Of a DNA stretch of 64,000 bases, positions 29,866-39,850 are shown piece by piece. The notes beneath the pieces are model-generated. The model worked only from the letters and a program-made list of their open reading frames with translations. It did no database searches and was not told where the DNA came from. Origin of the DNA: a candidate division FCPU426 bacterium (GTDB taxonomy: Bacteria; Oederibacteriota; Muellerivitia; Muellerivitales; Muellerivitaceae); contig CAWCKJ010000003.1 in assembly GCA_963796105.1 (NCBI GenBank), positions 480,001 through 544,000 of the forward strand, in the 5' to 3' direction. The position numbers and the translations under genes were made by a program. The first letter of the stretch is position 1, and every line of letters begins with the position of its first letter.

Positions 29866-32637
29866 AGTAAAGGTATCCGTCGAAGTGTTGGTTGGGGTAT
29901 TTGTGGGGGTGTTCGTCGGCGTATAAGAAGGAGTATTTGTCGGAGTGAAAGAGGGGGTATCGGTAAAAGTGAGAGTGTAGGTATTAGTGTAAGTGCTTGT
30001 AAAAGTATTTGTCGGTGTATTGGTAAAAGTGTCCGTGTAAGTTGAAGTCCATGTATTTGTGTTGGTCGGGGTGTCTGTTGGGGTATCCGTCGAAGTAAAC
30101 GTTGGGGTATCCGTGGGTGTATTAGTGGGAGTATTTGTTGGAGTAAAAGAAGGAGTGTCCGTAAAAGTGGAGGTGTAGGTATTCGTATAGGTGTAAGTGA
30201 AGGTGTTGGTGGGTGTATTAGTAGGGGTGTTTGTGGGAGTGAAGGAAGGGGTATCTGTGAATGTGGGAGTGTAGGTGTTAGTAACGGTATCAGTGGGAGT
30301 ATTCGTGAATGAAGGCGTATAGGTGTTAGTCCAGGTAAAAGTATTGGTGGAAGTGTCGGTCGGAGTATTTGTTGGGGTAAAAGAAGGGGTATCGGTTGGA
30401 GTGTTTGTGGGTGTCCAGGTATTCGTATTGGTAGAGGTAAAGGTGTCCGTGAAGGTATAGGTCCATGTATTAGTGTTAGTCGGAGTGTTGGTGGGTGTAT
30501 TTGTTGGAGTGAAAGAAGGTGTATCAGTGAAAGTGGGGGTATAGGAATTGGTGTAAGTGTTCGTAAAAGTATTTGTCGGTGTATCGGTTGGAGTGTTAGT
30601 TGGTGTCCAGGTATTCGTGTTGGTGGGGGTAAAGGTATCGGTAAAAGTATAGGTCCAGGTATTGGTGTTAGTGGGAGTATTTGTGGGGGTAAAAGAAGGG
30701 GTCTCGGTCGAAGTGTACGTGTAGGTGTAAGTGGGTGTCGGTGTGGCGGTCCAAGTAAAGGTATTAGTCGGTGTATTGGTAGGGGTATTTGTGTAGGTAT
30801 AGGTAAAAGTGGGTGTCGGAGTAGAAGTCCAAGTAAAAGAATTAGTCAGTGTGTTGGTGAAAGTCTTAGTAAATGTATTGGTAGGTGTATTGGTTGGGGT
30901 GTTCGAGGGTGTGTAGCTATAGGTATAAGTGTATGTATAGGTTTTTGTGAAGGTATTAGTTGGAGTAATAGTAGGGGTATTAGTGACTGTGGGTGTTTTG
31001 GTCAGGGTTTTGGTGAAGGTAGGTGTTATGGTGGGTGTATAAGTTTTTGTAGTTGTAAATGTTGTTGTTGGAGTGCAGGTTCCGCCTCCAGGAGGAACAC
31101 CTGATTCAGGGTCCAGGTTCCCACCGGTTTTTACTTCCTGCAATAGAACTCCGTTGGAATAGAGCGCGAAGTGGTGGTCGTCGAAATATGGACCGGATTG
31201 GTTTCCATTACAGGATGTTTGGGTAGAAGGTAGGCTTGAATAATCATCCGTGAAGCTGTCCCAATTGCCGCTTACGTTTCCACATTGGGAAGACGACGTG
31301 GCGATGATGGCGAAACCCTGCATCCATCCGCCGGCAGGAATGACAGACACCCCGCTTTGGTAAGTGAGGGTGACAGAACCGGATTGGTTGGAGATGTGGC
31401 TGGAATTTTCAGTGTATGTGGGAAGGGATGTATCGATGGAATAGGCGCTACCCGCCAACACCATCGGGCCAACTTGAACACCGGAGGAGTTGTAAACTAT
31501 CCCGTTGTTCCCTACCAAAGACGTGCAACGAAGCTGGCTCTCATAAACCCAAATTCTCATGGACAAATTAGTGGCGCTTAAGGTAAGCGGCGATGAGCCG
31601 TTGTTAACGATCAGGAAAGTCCAGCGACGGTCCTGGAGACCCTGTTCACTGCAATTGACCATCAAGTCAAGTTTGAGGCTGGTCGAGGCGCCGCAAACCG
31701 GGAATCCGGATGTCAAAGGAGAAAAACCACTTCCAGGACCGTTAGACCAATAAGGCTGCATGGTAGCGGTTTGAGTCATGGTCGGAGTATTAGTGGGTGT
31801 AGTAGCTTTACTGTCCTTGGACTTTAGGTCAGGAGTCGGGGAAATCGTGGGTGTGATGGTGGGTGTTGGTATTAGGGTTGGCGAGAATGTCGGGGTAAGT
31901 GTTGGAGTTGGAGGAGATTTTAACTCTACACAATTTTCATTCGAGGGTTCACTTTCACCAATTGGATTCATGATGAAAGCTGTCACCTCGTAACACCAAT
32001 TCCCCGGCCAAGTGTAATCCTTGAACATCGCAAAAGAATTACGACCATTTCCTTCATCCGCCAAAATGGTTCCGATCATTTGGAAGGAGTCGGCAGGACC
32101 AGTTGAACGGTATATGTGGTAACCCACAGGATAATTGAATGTCCCGGCACGTGGGGAACGCCAGGACAAAACCACCGCGCCAGCCTCAATAGTGGCTGAG
32201 AAATCCCAAGGTCTTTTCAAGTCCTCAAGAGTGCGGTTTGGGGTGGCTGACGGAGTAATGGCCGGGCTTTGAGTGCCGGTTGGAGTGTGGGTAAGAGTAC
32301 CTGTTATTTCTGGCGTCTTAGTTGCAGTCGGGTTATTTCTCAAACCCCAAATAACTGCATGGGTGGGTTTAGGTAAGGGTTGTCGTTTATTTCCACCGAA
32401 CCATGGGTTGTGTCCAGGGTGGAGATTATGAGTATTTACTTTTTGATCTTGGGAATAGACAGGAGTAAGAGTCGGAGTGACAATTAAACGAGGATTATCA
32501 CTATTGGAAAAATGGCCGGTACTCCAAGGAATGTCCCAAGCGGAAGAAGGGGCAGGAAGAAATACAAAAAGAATAGCGATAAGAAATAGGAAGAAATTTG
32601 CACAAAAGAGAGAAGGCAAATATTTTTTTTGGCTCAT
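29866..32637 (-). pseudogene. Secreted Thr/Pro-rich repeat protein with FN3-like and CBM-like segments, 3'-truncated by mobile element
   Basis: Signal peptide; LSW...GYHIYRS...Y.V.A...GES.PSN FN3 pattern; ~400 aa of TPTNT repeats ending at the element terminus. Confidence 0.85.
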
Positions 32638-33025
32638 ATGCTCTCCGGCCTTTGGCCTTAGAGGAAAAAAATCTATTGGTTTTGAAAACGTTTTAAAAAA
32701 ATTGCCAGAAAATTTATGAGAATACTTTAAATTTGCCGAGTTAAACGGTCAACGAAATTGCAGTTAAAATTACTAAATTTATTTTTATCCACATCCATTA
32801 GTGCATTATGTATTAAATCCTTACAGCGGGATTAAAATGGAAAAATTAAAAACTATAAAAAGATTAATATTTGTTAGTTAGTTTTTTATTACGCATGCAG
32901 TTTAACTGTGAAAAATAAGGGAGAAATACATAAAAGAGAGAACGAGGGTCGTGAAATGTGCAATTTTTTCAAAAATACTGTATATAAAGGAACTGAAAGA
33001 GGTTTTTTATTTAGGCGGCAATTCA

Positions 33026-33259
33026 TTGGCTAAAAGTAAAAATGATCAGCAAGTCATCCTGAAATTCGGAGAGAACATCCGGAAAATTCGTAAACAGCAC
33101 GGGTGGTCACAAGGAATATTAGGTAAAAATGCCGGAATGGACGCCAATTTCATCGGCTTCGCGGAACGCGGGGAGAGAAGCATTACTCTAAAGAATATTA
33201 TCAAGATTCAAAAAGCGTTACGTTGTCCCATCGGCGAATTGTTCGAGGGTATAAAATAA
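33026..33259 (+). CDS. XRE-family helix-turn-helix regulator
   Basis: FGENIRKIRKQHGWSQ...IGFAERGERSITL. Confidence 0.88.
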   Translation: MAKSKNDQQVILKFGENIRKIRKQHGWSQGILGKNAGMDANFIGFAERGERSITLKNIIKIQKALRCPIGELFEGIK

Positions 33260-33314
33260 TGTCGTTCAAAGTTCCCTGTAACGCTTCCGCAAATGCGTGA
33301 CCGGCCTAATTTGT

Positions 33315-36014
33315 TTATTTTCCATTTAAGTATTGGACTGTCATTTTCAGTTTCTTTCTCGGCGCGTTCTCGTCCCCGCCGGGCAGGATAAATAAAACGT
33401 GCTTCCCTGGAGTAAGGTTTTTCAATTCCTTCTCCAATTCGCCGGTTTCCCGCTGGGAGCCGTCGGCTTTATCGACGTTCCAGATCACGTCCCCCAGTTT
33501 TAATCCGGTTTTATAAACGGGACTGCCGGTCCATAACACAGCCGCCACGCTCTTATCTACGAATAGCACCCCTTGGTGAAGATAAGGCAGTCCCGATACC
33601 GGGATGGCCTTGCCCCCCAGGACCCCTTTGGCCCAATATTCCATAGCTGAAACCAGGTTCCCCAATTCCCTCTTTGACCGGCATTCGAACGTGATGGCCT
33701 TTTTCAAATGAGGGATGACCAACCCGCATTGGTAAATCGTCTGGCTTTGATATTTACCGGAATAGACCAGGAGTTTATCGCTATGGATGGTTTTCAATTC
33801 CGTCCAATCAAACCCCACTCTCCACCCCTCATCTCCCGGAAGTTTGAAATGGAGAATAAGGCCGGTCCGGGATGGAAGGGCGGAGGTGACCTTGACCTTG
33901 TCGTTCCCAAACCACATGGAATATTTTTCACCGTCCTGGAGGGCTGCTAAATAAGAGCCGGCGGTATCCTCATCCAGTCGTGAATCGAGCCCCGGATTGA
34001 AGCTTTGGATCACGCAATATTCGGGAACAGGGTATATCTCATTCACTAAGCAGTTATAGTCCACATCCTCGGCACTCCAGGGCTTTGCGGGCTTGCTTGA
34101 GGAAGCGGAATGAACGGATTCGACTCCCTTCGTTCGCTCACCGCCATGTAATGGGGAATGGACAATTTCTTGATTTGCATTGGACTTATCCGAATGGCTT
34201 ATCCCAGTCTCTTTTTTAACATTTCCTATTTGCGTATTTTTGTTTCCGTTGGCAACTCCTAATTCCTCACTCCTAATTTCTAATTGTTTTTTGAGTTCTG
34301 GTTTTTCCAATCCGCATATTGTTCTCCAATTCGAGAAACTGGGCGCCTGGGCCTTCGGCAGGTATCCCTCCCATAGGCTTCGGGTAAACCAGGCCATGAC
34401 CAACAGAAAACCTATGATGGAAAGCTTCCCAATTCCCGGATTGAGGACCTCCTTTACCACTAGAAGCGAAATAACCGCGAGACCCAGGGCCAGTTTCGGG
34501 CTGTGGGGAATTTGGGATACGACATACAGCGGGAATTGGATAAAAGCGATATTCCAAATGACCCCGGAGACGGCATCGAATCTATCGCCCCAGGACGGGA
34601 CAAAATAACCGATTACCAGCTCGACGATTCCGAAGAATATGCCATAAGCCAATGGAACCATCAGAAGAAAGAGCCCCCAGTGCGCCAGCAGTCTGGAAAG
34701 GCTATTCCCTCCCCGTGAATGGCCGGAATGGGACCCGCTATGGGACTGGGGCGCTAGTTTATTGGCCAGGTAAATACTGGCGCGCAGGGGGAATTTGATG
34801 AATTTGAAAAGGTATTTGAAAATGGCCCTCGCCGCAAGCCAAGCATGATGCCCCAGGAATTTCAGATAGGCTTCCAACGATTTGCCTGCCCTGAGTCCGT
34901 CGAATGGGCTGGGATTCAGGGGATGCGGGGGATGGGCCTGCGCCGAGCTTGGTTGAGGGGCTGGGATGGCTTCGTTAGGAACATCAGGACTATTGGGAGC
35001 ATTGACCTTATCTTGATCGGATATTGATTTTGGCCGTAAACTAGCCAATCCCAGGGCAAGCTTTTCCCAAAGGGTCAGGGCTTTGCCGCCGGACGTTGCC
35101 TCCTCCAACCGCCCGTTCAGGTTTTTCCGGGCTATTTCACTTTTTTCATTAACTCCCAATTCCTCACTTCTACCTTCTAACTCCTGAGGGTCCTTTTGAA
35201 TGTTGCCCGCAGGCTTGGATCTTGGTTTTCGGGCCTTCTTTTCCGCCTCAAACTGGTCCAAATCCTTGCCTGAGACAGCGTGCGCCACAAATTCCTGAGT
35301 TTGTGGGCCGTTTAATTGCTTTTCTAATAGGATTGGTAAGATTTTATCCGCTAATAATCGGGCATCATCAAGTTTCCGATTATCTAAAAGCCGGATCAAT
35401 CGACAGGCGGCCTTCTCGGTCAAACACCATATTTTCACATTATTTGAATCATTATCATTTTCAACTTCGGAAAAGTTAGACAGTCTAACTCCTTGCCGCG
35501 CTGTTTGTAATATCAACTGCCTAGTCGCAGGGCTTAAGAGTTCCATCAAGCTAAATGCGCAACTAATCCTGTATGAAGACCACCCAGTCTTAGCCGCCAA
35601 TTCCTTCTGTTTTAAGCCAGTTAAGTTCCTAAGGTTTTCCAGGGCCATGAACTCCCCTAACCAATAGGGTTTATTGTCCCGGTTGGAGGTGAGGGCCCGG
35701 AACATGGCGTCTTCCAGGCTGATATCCAGGATCTCGGCCTCTATATGGGTCCGCCCCAAGCGTTTAAAGGCCTCTGCCCGCCTTTGGCCGGAAACAATGG
35801 CCCAAGGCGCCTGGCGGTTCCCTTTCCAGACCGTGATCCGGTCAAGGGTCCCCCCGTTTTTCAGGTAGTCCACCAGCATTTGCATCTCATCCTCTTCCAG
35901 GAAGGGCCGGGGATTCCATGACGGGACAGCCAGATCCACGATGGGAATCATGACGATCTCCGGGGGTTTGATTTGGGATTGGGCCTGGTCGGCGGGTTTG
36001 GGAACATTTTCCAT
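33315..36014 (-). CDS. ParB N-terminal domain + HTH + transmembrane segments + C-terminal PDZ-like domain
   Basis: NPR, IVSGQRRAEA, QKELAAKTGWS; hydrophobic helices in mid-protein; GSPVYKTGLKLGDVIWNVD. Confidence 0.8.
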   Translation of the reverse strand: MENVPKPADQAQSQIKPPEIVMIPIVDLAVPSWNPRPFLEEDEMQMLVDYLKNGGTLDRITVWKGNRQAPWAIVSGQRRAEAFKRLGRTHIEAEILDISLEDAMFRALTSNRDNKPYWLGEFMALENLRNLTGLKQKELAAKTGWSSYRISCAFSLMELLSPATRQLILQTARQGVRLSNFSEVENDNDSNNVKIWCLTEKAACRLIRLLDNRKLDDARLLADKILPILLEKQLNGPQTQEFVAHAVSGKDLDQFEAEKKARKPRSKPAGNIQKDPQELEGRSEELGVNEKSEIARKNLNGRLEEATSGGKALTLWEKLALGLASLRPKSISDQDKVNAPNSPDVPNEAIPAPQPSSAQAHPPHPLNPSPFDGLRAGKSLEAYLKFLGHHAWLAARAIFKYLFKFIKFPLRASIYLANKLAPQSHSGSHSGHSRGGNSLSRLLAHWGLFLLMVPLAYGIFFGIVELVIGYFVPSWGDRFDAVSGVIWNIAFIQFPLYVVSQIPHSPKLALGLAVISLLVVKEVLNPGIGKLSIIGFLLVMAWFTRSLWEGYLPKAQAPSFSNWRTICGLEKPELKKQLEIRSEELGVANGNKNTQIGNVKKETGISHSDKSNANQEIVHSPLHGGERTKGVESVHSASSSKPAKPWSAEDVDYNCLVNEIYPVPEYCVIQSFNPGLDSRLDEDTAGSYLAALQDGEKYSMWFGNDKVKVTSALPSRTGLILHFKLPGDEGWRVGFDWTELKTIHSDKLLVYSGKYQSQTIYQCGLVIPHLKKAITFECRSKRELGNLVSAMEYWAKGVLGGKAIPVSGLPYLHQGVLFVDKSVAAVLWTGSPVYKTGLKLGDVIWNVDKADGSQRETGELEKELKNLTPGKHVLFILPGGDENAPRKKLKMTVQYLNGK

Positions 36015-36213
36015 AGACAACCTCCTTATAGTTAAAAAAGCCATTATTCGCGGCCAATAACTGATTTTCTTACAATACTTTCAGTGTGTTATTATTTTCA
36101 ATAAAATTCAAAACGGATTTAGGAAAATCTTTTCCCGCCTGGAAATATTGGGTAATTAAAACAGACGGGGTTATAGAAGGCGAAAAGACGGACTGCCACC
36201 CGGGTTTAAGATA

Positions 36214-38163
36214 ATGCTATCCTGCTATAATCCATCCATGATCCAAAGCCCCTCTCCCGGCCTAGCCGCCACCCAAAGTTCCACCATGCCCCTATACCGT
36301 GATCCCTGGTTTTACGCGCTTCTGGCCGGGTTTCTCCTGCTGGTTCTGTTTTGCGCCCGCCTAAACAACGATTACGATTTCGGTTTCCACCTGAAGGGCG
36401 GCCAATGGATCCTGGAAAACCACGCTTTTCCCACCAAGGACACCTACACCTATACGGTCAACAACCATGATTACCTGGATATCCACTGGCTTTACCAGGT
36501 CACGCTCTACTCGCTTTACCGCCTCGGCGGCTATTCCCTTATATCCATCGCCAACATCGCCTTAATCCTCCTCATATTCATTATCCTCATGAAACGTCTG
36601 GGGCTCACCAGAGCCCCCTTTTGGCTTCTTGTACTCCTTTTCGGCATCGCGGTCCTGGGATGCGAACTGCGTTTCAGGGTCCGGCCCGAGTACCTCAGCT
36701 GGCTTTTCATGAGCCTCGACCTTTGGATCTTAGAAAAATGGAATCAACATCGAAAAGGCCCGATCTTTCTTCTGCCATTGATCCAATTGGCCTGGGTCAA
36801 CATCGAGGGCCTTTTCGGTATAGGCTGCGGCCTCACCGGCTTCTACCTGCTTTCTGGCCTGATCCACTCCCGCCGGTTGGACAAAAAGCTCCTGAGGTAT
36901 TTCATCCTCACCCTGGCCGCCTGCCTGGTGAACCCCCACTTCATCCGCGGGGCGTTATATCCCCTCCAGCACCTGGCCATGCTGGGGTCCCCCAATGTCT
37001 TCAAGGAAACCATCAACGAGCTCCAATCGCCCTGGACCCTGGCTGGCCGTTTCTCCTTCCTGCCGGAATGGACCCTTTACACCTACAAACTTTTTTGCCT
37101 TCTGCTACTGGTCTTATTCGCCGCGGCCTGGAAAAAAAGGAGGGCCGTCGATTATCTCCTGGCCGGTTGCTTTTTCATCTTCTCAGCCTCAGCCCAAAGG
37201 AACATCCCCCTCTTCATGCTGGTTAGTGTTCCCCTCGCGGCGTCCTGCTGGAAGGATTTGGCGTGGAAATGGCCCAAGAAAATCCATATGGCTTTCACGT
37301 CCAGGCCCTGGGCAGGCTGGGCTTTCACGGTTTTCCTTTTGGGAATCGGCATGAGGGTATTTACCAACGCCTATTACGTCTCAGAACGGCGCGCCGACCG
37401 CTTCGGCCTGGGATTGGATGAGGCCAAACTTCCGGTAAGGGCGGCAAGGTTCCTGGTGGAAAACCGCCTGGACGGGAGGATATTGAACCAAATGAACCTC
37501 GGCGGTTGGCTGGACTGGCAAGCCCCTCAAAAGGTCTTCTTGGACGGGCGCCTGGAAGTCATGGGGGAGGAACTATTCTCGGATTACTTCTCAAGCATGA
37601 AACCCGGCGGGCTGGAGCCCCTCACGGAAAAGTACGGGGTGGAAATCATGTTTTTCAATCCCGACACGGCCTTTCAATGGCTGTTGGAGCTTAAAAACAT
37701 GCCGGATTGGCGGGCGGTTTACCTGGATGACTCCACCGTGATTTACCTGAAAAAAGGTTACGCCCCAAAAGTGCCGGACCTGGACGACGGACAAGTATTC
37801 ACGAAGTGGGGCATTTCCCCCTCGATCCTGAAAGACGCGCCAACACTGCTCCAGGCGCCCCGCCCTTCGTCACGGGAATGTTTTTGGGAGGATTTCTACA
37901 GGCCTACGGATTACCCCATGGGCCTGCACCCCATCGACGCCTATTATTCCTACACAGGCCGTTTCGATCTGGCGGAGGCGGTCCACTTGGAAAACATCCG
38001 GCGGAGCCGGGGGCGATATTATGACTTGTTCTTCAACCTGGGGTCCATGTACTTTCACGCCGGAAAGTACGAACAAGCCAAGATTTGCATGGGCAGGGTC
38101 CTGGGCGAGGTTCCCGGCCTGCCGGCGGCCCAAAAGATATTGGATAGCCTTCCGACTCCATAA
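36214..38163 (+). CDS. Polytopic membrane protein (GT-C glycosyltransferase-like) with C-terminal TPR
   Basis: D.GFHL..GQWI, RP, WVN..G.F, GGWL.W, FLDGR motifs; many TM helices; FNLGSMYF.AGKYEQA. Confidence 0.7.
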   Translation: MLSCYNPSMIQSPSPGLAATQSSTMPLYRDPWFYALLAGFLLLVLFCARLNNDYDFGFHLKGGQWILENHAFPTKDTYTYTVNNHDYLDIHWLYQVTLYSLYRLGGYSLISIANIALILLIFIILMKRLGLTRAPFWLLVLLFGIAVLGCELRFRVRPEYLSWLFMSLDLWILEKWNQHRKGPIFLLPLIQLAWVNIEGLFGIGCGLTGFYLLSGLIHSRRLDKKLLRYFILTLAACLVNPHFIRGALYPLQHLAMLGSPNVFKETINELQSPWTLAGRFSFLPEWTLYTYKLFCLLLLVLFAAAWKKRRAVDYLLAGCFFIFSASAQRNIPLFMLVSVPLAASCWKDLAWKWPKKIHMAFTSRPWAGWAFTVFLLGIGMRVFTNAYYVSERRADRFGLGLDEAKLPVRAARFLVENRLDGRILNQMNLGGWLDWQAPQKVFLDGRLEVMGEELFSDYFSSMKPGGLEPLTEKYGVEIMFFNPDTAFQWLLELKNMPDWRAVYLDDSTVIYLKKGYAPKVPDLDDGQVFTKWGISPSILKDAPTLLQAPRPSSRECFWEDFYRPTDYPMGLHPIDAYYSYTGRFDLAEAVHLENIRRSRGRYYDLFFNLGSMYFHAGKYEQAKICMGRVLGEVPGLPAAQKILDSLPTP

Positions 38164-38203
38164 ATTTCCATGGCTTTACCTTACCCTGGAAATGGGTCAC
38201 TTA

Positions 38204-38542
38204 TTAATCACCGATGATTTCTTCCAGACCTTCCACGATTTGGGAAAGTTCCTCGGGAGTCGCGCGGCCTAATTTCTGCCCCAATCTCTCCACGGATAAG
38301 GTCCTGATTTGACTGATTTTAACCCAGGATTTTTTAGGCAGTTTACTACCGGCAAGCTCAAGTGTGAGGGGATAACCAGCCTTGGGTTCCTGGCTGGTGA
38401 GGGCCACGGCGATAACCGTACCGGATCTTTCATTGAAAACATCATGGCTTAATATCAAAACAGGCCTAGAACCGGACTGTTTATGACCCTTGGCTGGATT
38501 TAAATCAGCCCAAAGAATATCTCCCCTTAATATTTTGGCCAA
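38204..38542 (-). CDS. mazF: MazF/PemK family toxin
   Basis: RGDILWADLNP.KGH.Q.G.RPVLILS; SQIRTLS..RL. Confidence 0.92.
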   Translation of the reverse strand: MAKILRGDILWADLNPAKGHKQSGSRPVLILSHDVFNERSGTVIAVALTSQEPKAGYPLTLELAGSKLPKKSWVKISQIRTLSVERLGQKLGRATPEELSQIVEGLEEIIGD

Positions 38543-38769
38543 TTTTTCAACTCGCCGGCCAACCCCTCGTCAGCGAGGGCTTGCTCGGATCTCTTGTCCA
38601 ATTTAGCGCATTCCCTGGCGAGACGGCCTCGTCCCAGGCGCGCGATCTTGTCCCTGAGCGCGTCCGTGATGGCCCTGCTTCGGTTGGGGTAAATTTTCTT
38701 TTCCACCAGCAGGTCCACGGATTTAAGGATTTCCTGGTCGAGTGTGATGGCTATTTTAGCCGCGGCCAG
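38527..38769 (-). CDS. Ribbon-helix-helix antitoxin (CTG at expected start)
   Basis: AKIAITLD...YPNRSRAI..A; GGAGG RBS 5 nt upstream of CTG 38769. Confidence 0.8.
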   Translation of the reverse strand: MAAAKIAITLDQEILKSVDLLVEKKIYPNRSRAITDALRDKIARLGRGRLARECAKLDKRSEQALADEGLAGELKNWPKY

Positions 38770-38792
38770 GATAACCTCCGGTATGATGTTTT

Positions 38793-39778
38793 TATGCTTA
38801 TGCACAAAGTGACCGTGCTGTAATGGGTTTTGCTAAGGCACATGCGGTTAAGGCACGGTGAAATAAGGAATCGGGATCATGACGACGGTTGAACCGATAG
38901 GCATATTCACTTAGATACCGGCCTAAATACTTAGCATCAACGCCATGATGAGTTCCAATGATCCAGGCCTTGGCGTTGGAAATGAACCGGTGTACCCAGG
39001 GCAACCAACTTTCCAACTCTTTCGGGTCATTGGCCATCACCCGGTAGTCTGCCTCCACTCCTTTGAGTTCACGCAAGGCTGGCGAAGCATCTGTGTTGAG
39101 GAAAGAGCCTTTTTCCATAGTCTGATTCACGAATTCCTGGCTCTCCCACTTGGTTTCCATAGCTACCTTCACCTTGGCAAAACCCGCTTTTTCCTTCTTG
39201 CAACCATTCTCATCCACCCATTCCTTGCTTTCCACCGCCACCAAGACTTCCACTTGGTTTTCCTTGGCCTTTTTCCCAAAAACCGCCCCATCCAACTCAA
39301 TGACGCCCTTTAGAGTATAGCTTTCGTCCTTTTGCCTAAGACCTTCCCGGATCTTATGCAATAGAAGCCATGCCGAATGATCCGAAAGATTTAAATGCCG
39401 CTTCAGTTCCAGGGCCGAAATACCCCGTTTGCCCTGCATCATCAAACTGATGGCCCTGACCCAGGTTAAAAGAGGCAGCTTGGAGCTTTCAAAAATCGTC
39501 CCGGCGCGAAGCCGAAGACGTTTCCGGCAATAGTCACATTCCCTCACTTCAGGCTTGGCCTGGTGTTGCCAGAAGCTTTCGCCCTCACATTGGGGACAAA
39601 CAAAGTCTTTCCCGCCGAAACGGCATCTCCACACCCATTGGCGGGCTTCTTCTTCCGTGTGGATTTTCCTCAGAATTTTAATGCTTTTCATCCGCTGGTA
39701 GCTCATGTACCACCTCCCGTAGCGGACAGTATACCTATGTATTCCTTTATTTCAAGGGTCACTTAATACAGAAGCATG
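38793..39778 (-). mobile_element. IS1595-family element
   Basis: 21-bp imperfect IRs ATGCTT.TG.A..AAGTGACC; 8-bp TSD GATGTTTT at 38785-38792 and 39779-39786. Confidence 0.9.
38798..39706 (-). CDS. IS1595 transposase
   Basis: CPQC...CDYC Zn ribbon, GTIFE.SKLPL, ELD, TD, YL.EY.YRFNRR. Confidence 0.93.
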   Translation of the reverse strand: MSYQRMKSIKILRKIHTEEEARQWVWRCRFGGKDFVCPQCEGESFWQHQAKPEVRECDYCRKRLRLRAGTIFESSKLPLLTWVRAISLMMQGKRGISALELKRHLNLSDHSAWLLLHKIREGLRQKDESYTLKGVIELDGAVFGKKAKENQVEVLVAVESKEWVDENGCKKEKAGFAKVKVAMETKWESQEFVNQTMEKGSFLNTDASPALRELKGVEADYRVMANDPKELESWLPWVHRFISNAKAWIIGTHHGVDAKYLGRYLSEYAYRFNRRHDPDSLFHRALTACALAKPITARSLCA

Positions 39779-39850
39779 GATGTTTTATCATACTTTTAAT
39801 TTACCCCCCCTGTGAAACCCGGAGTCAAGGGTGTCCCCAACCATCCCCTT

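Noticed and set aside
29866..31080. Non-coding G/T-rich satellite
   Set aside because: It is the antisense of Thr/Pro/Asn codon repeats with free third-position variation
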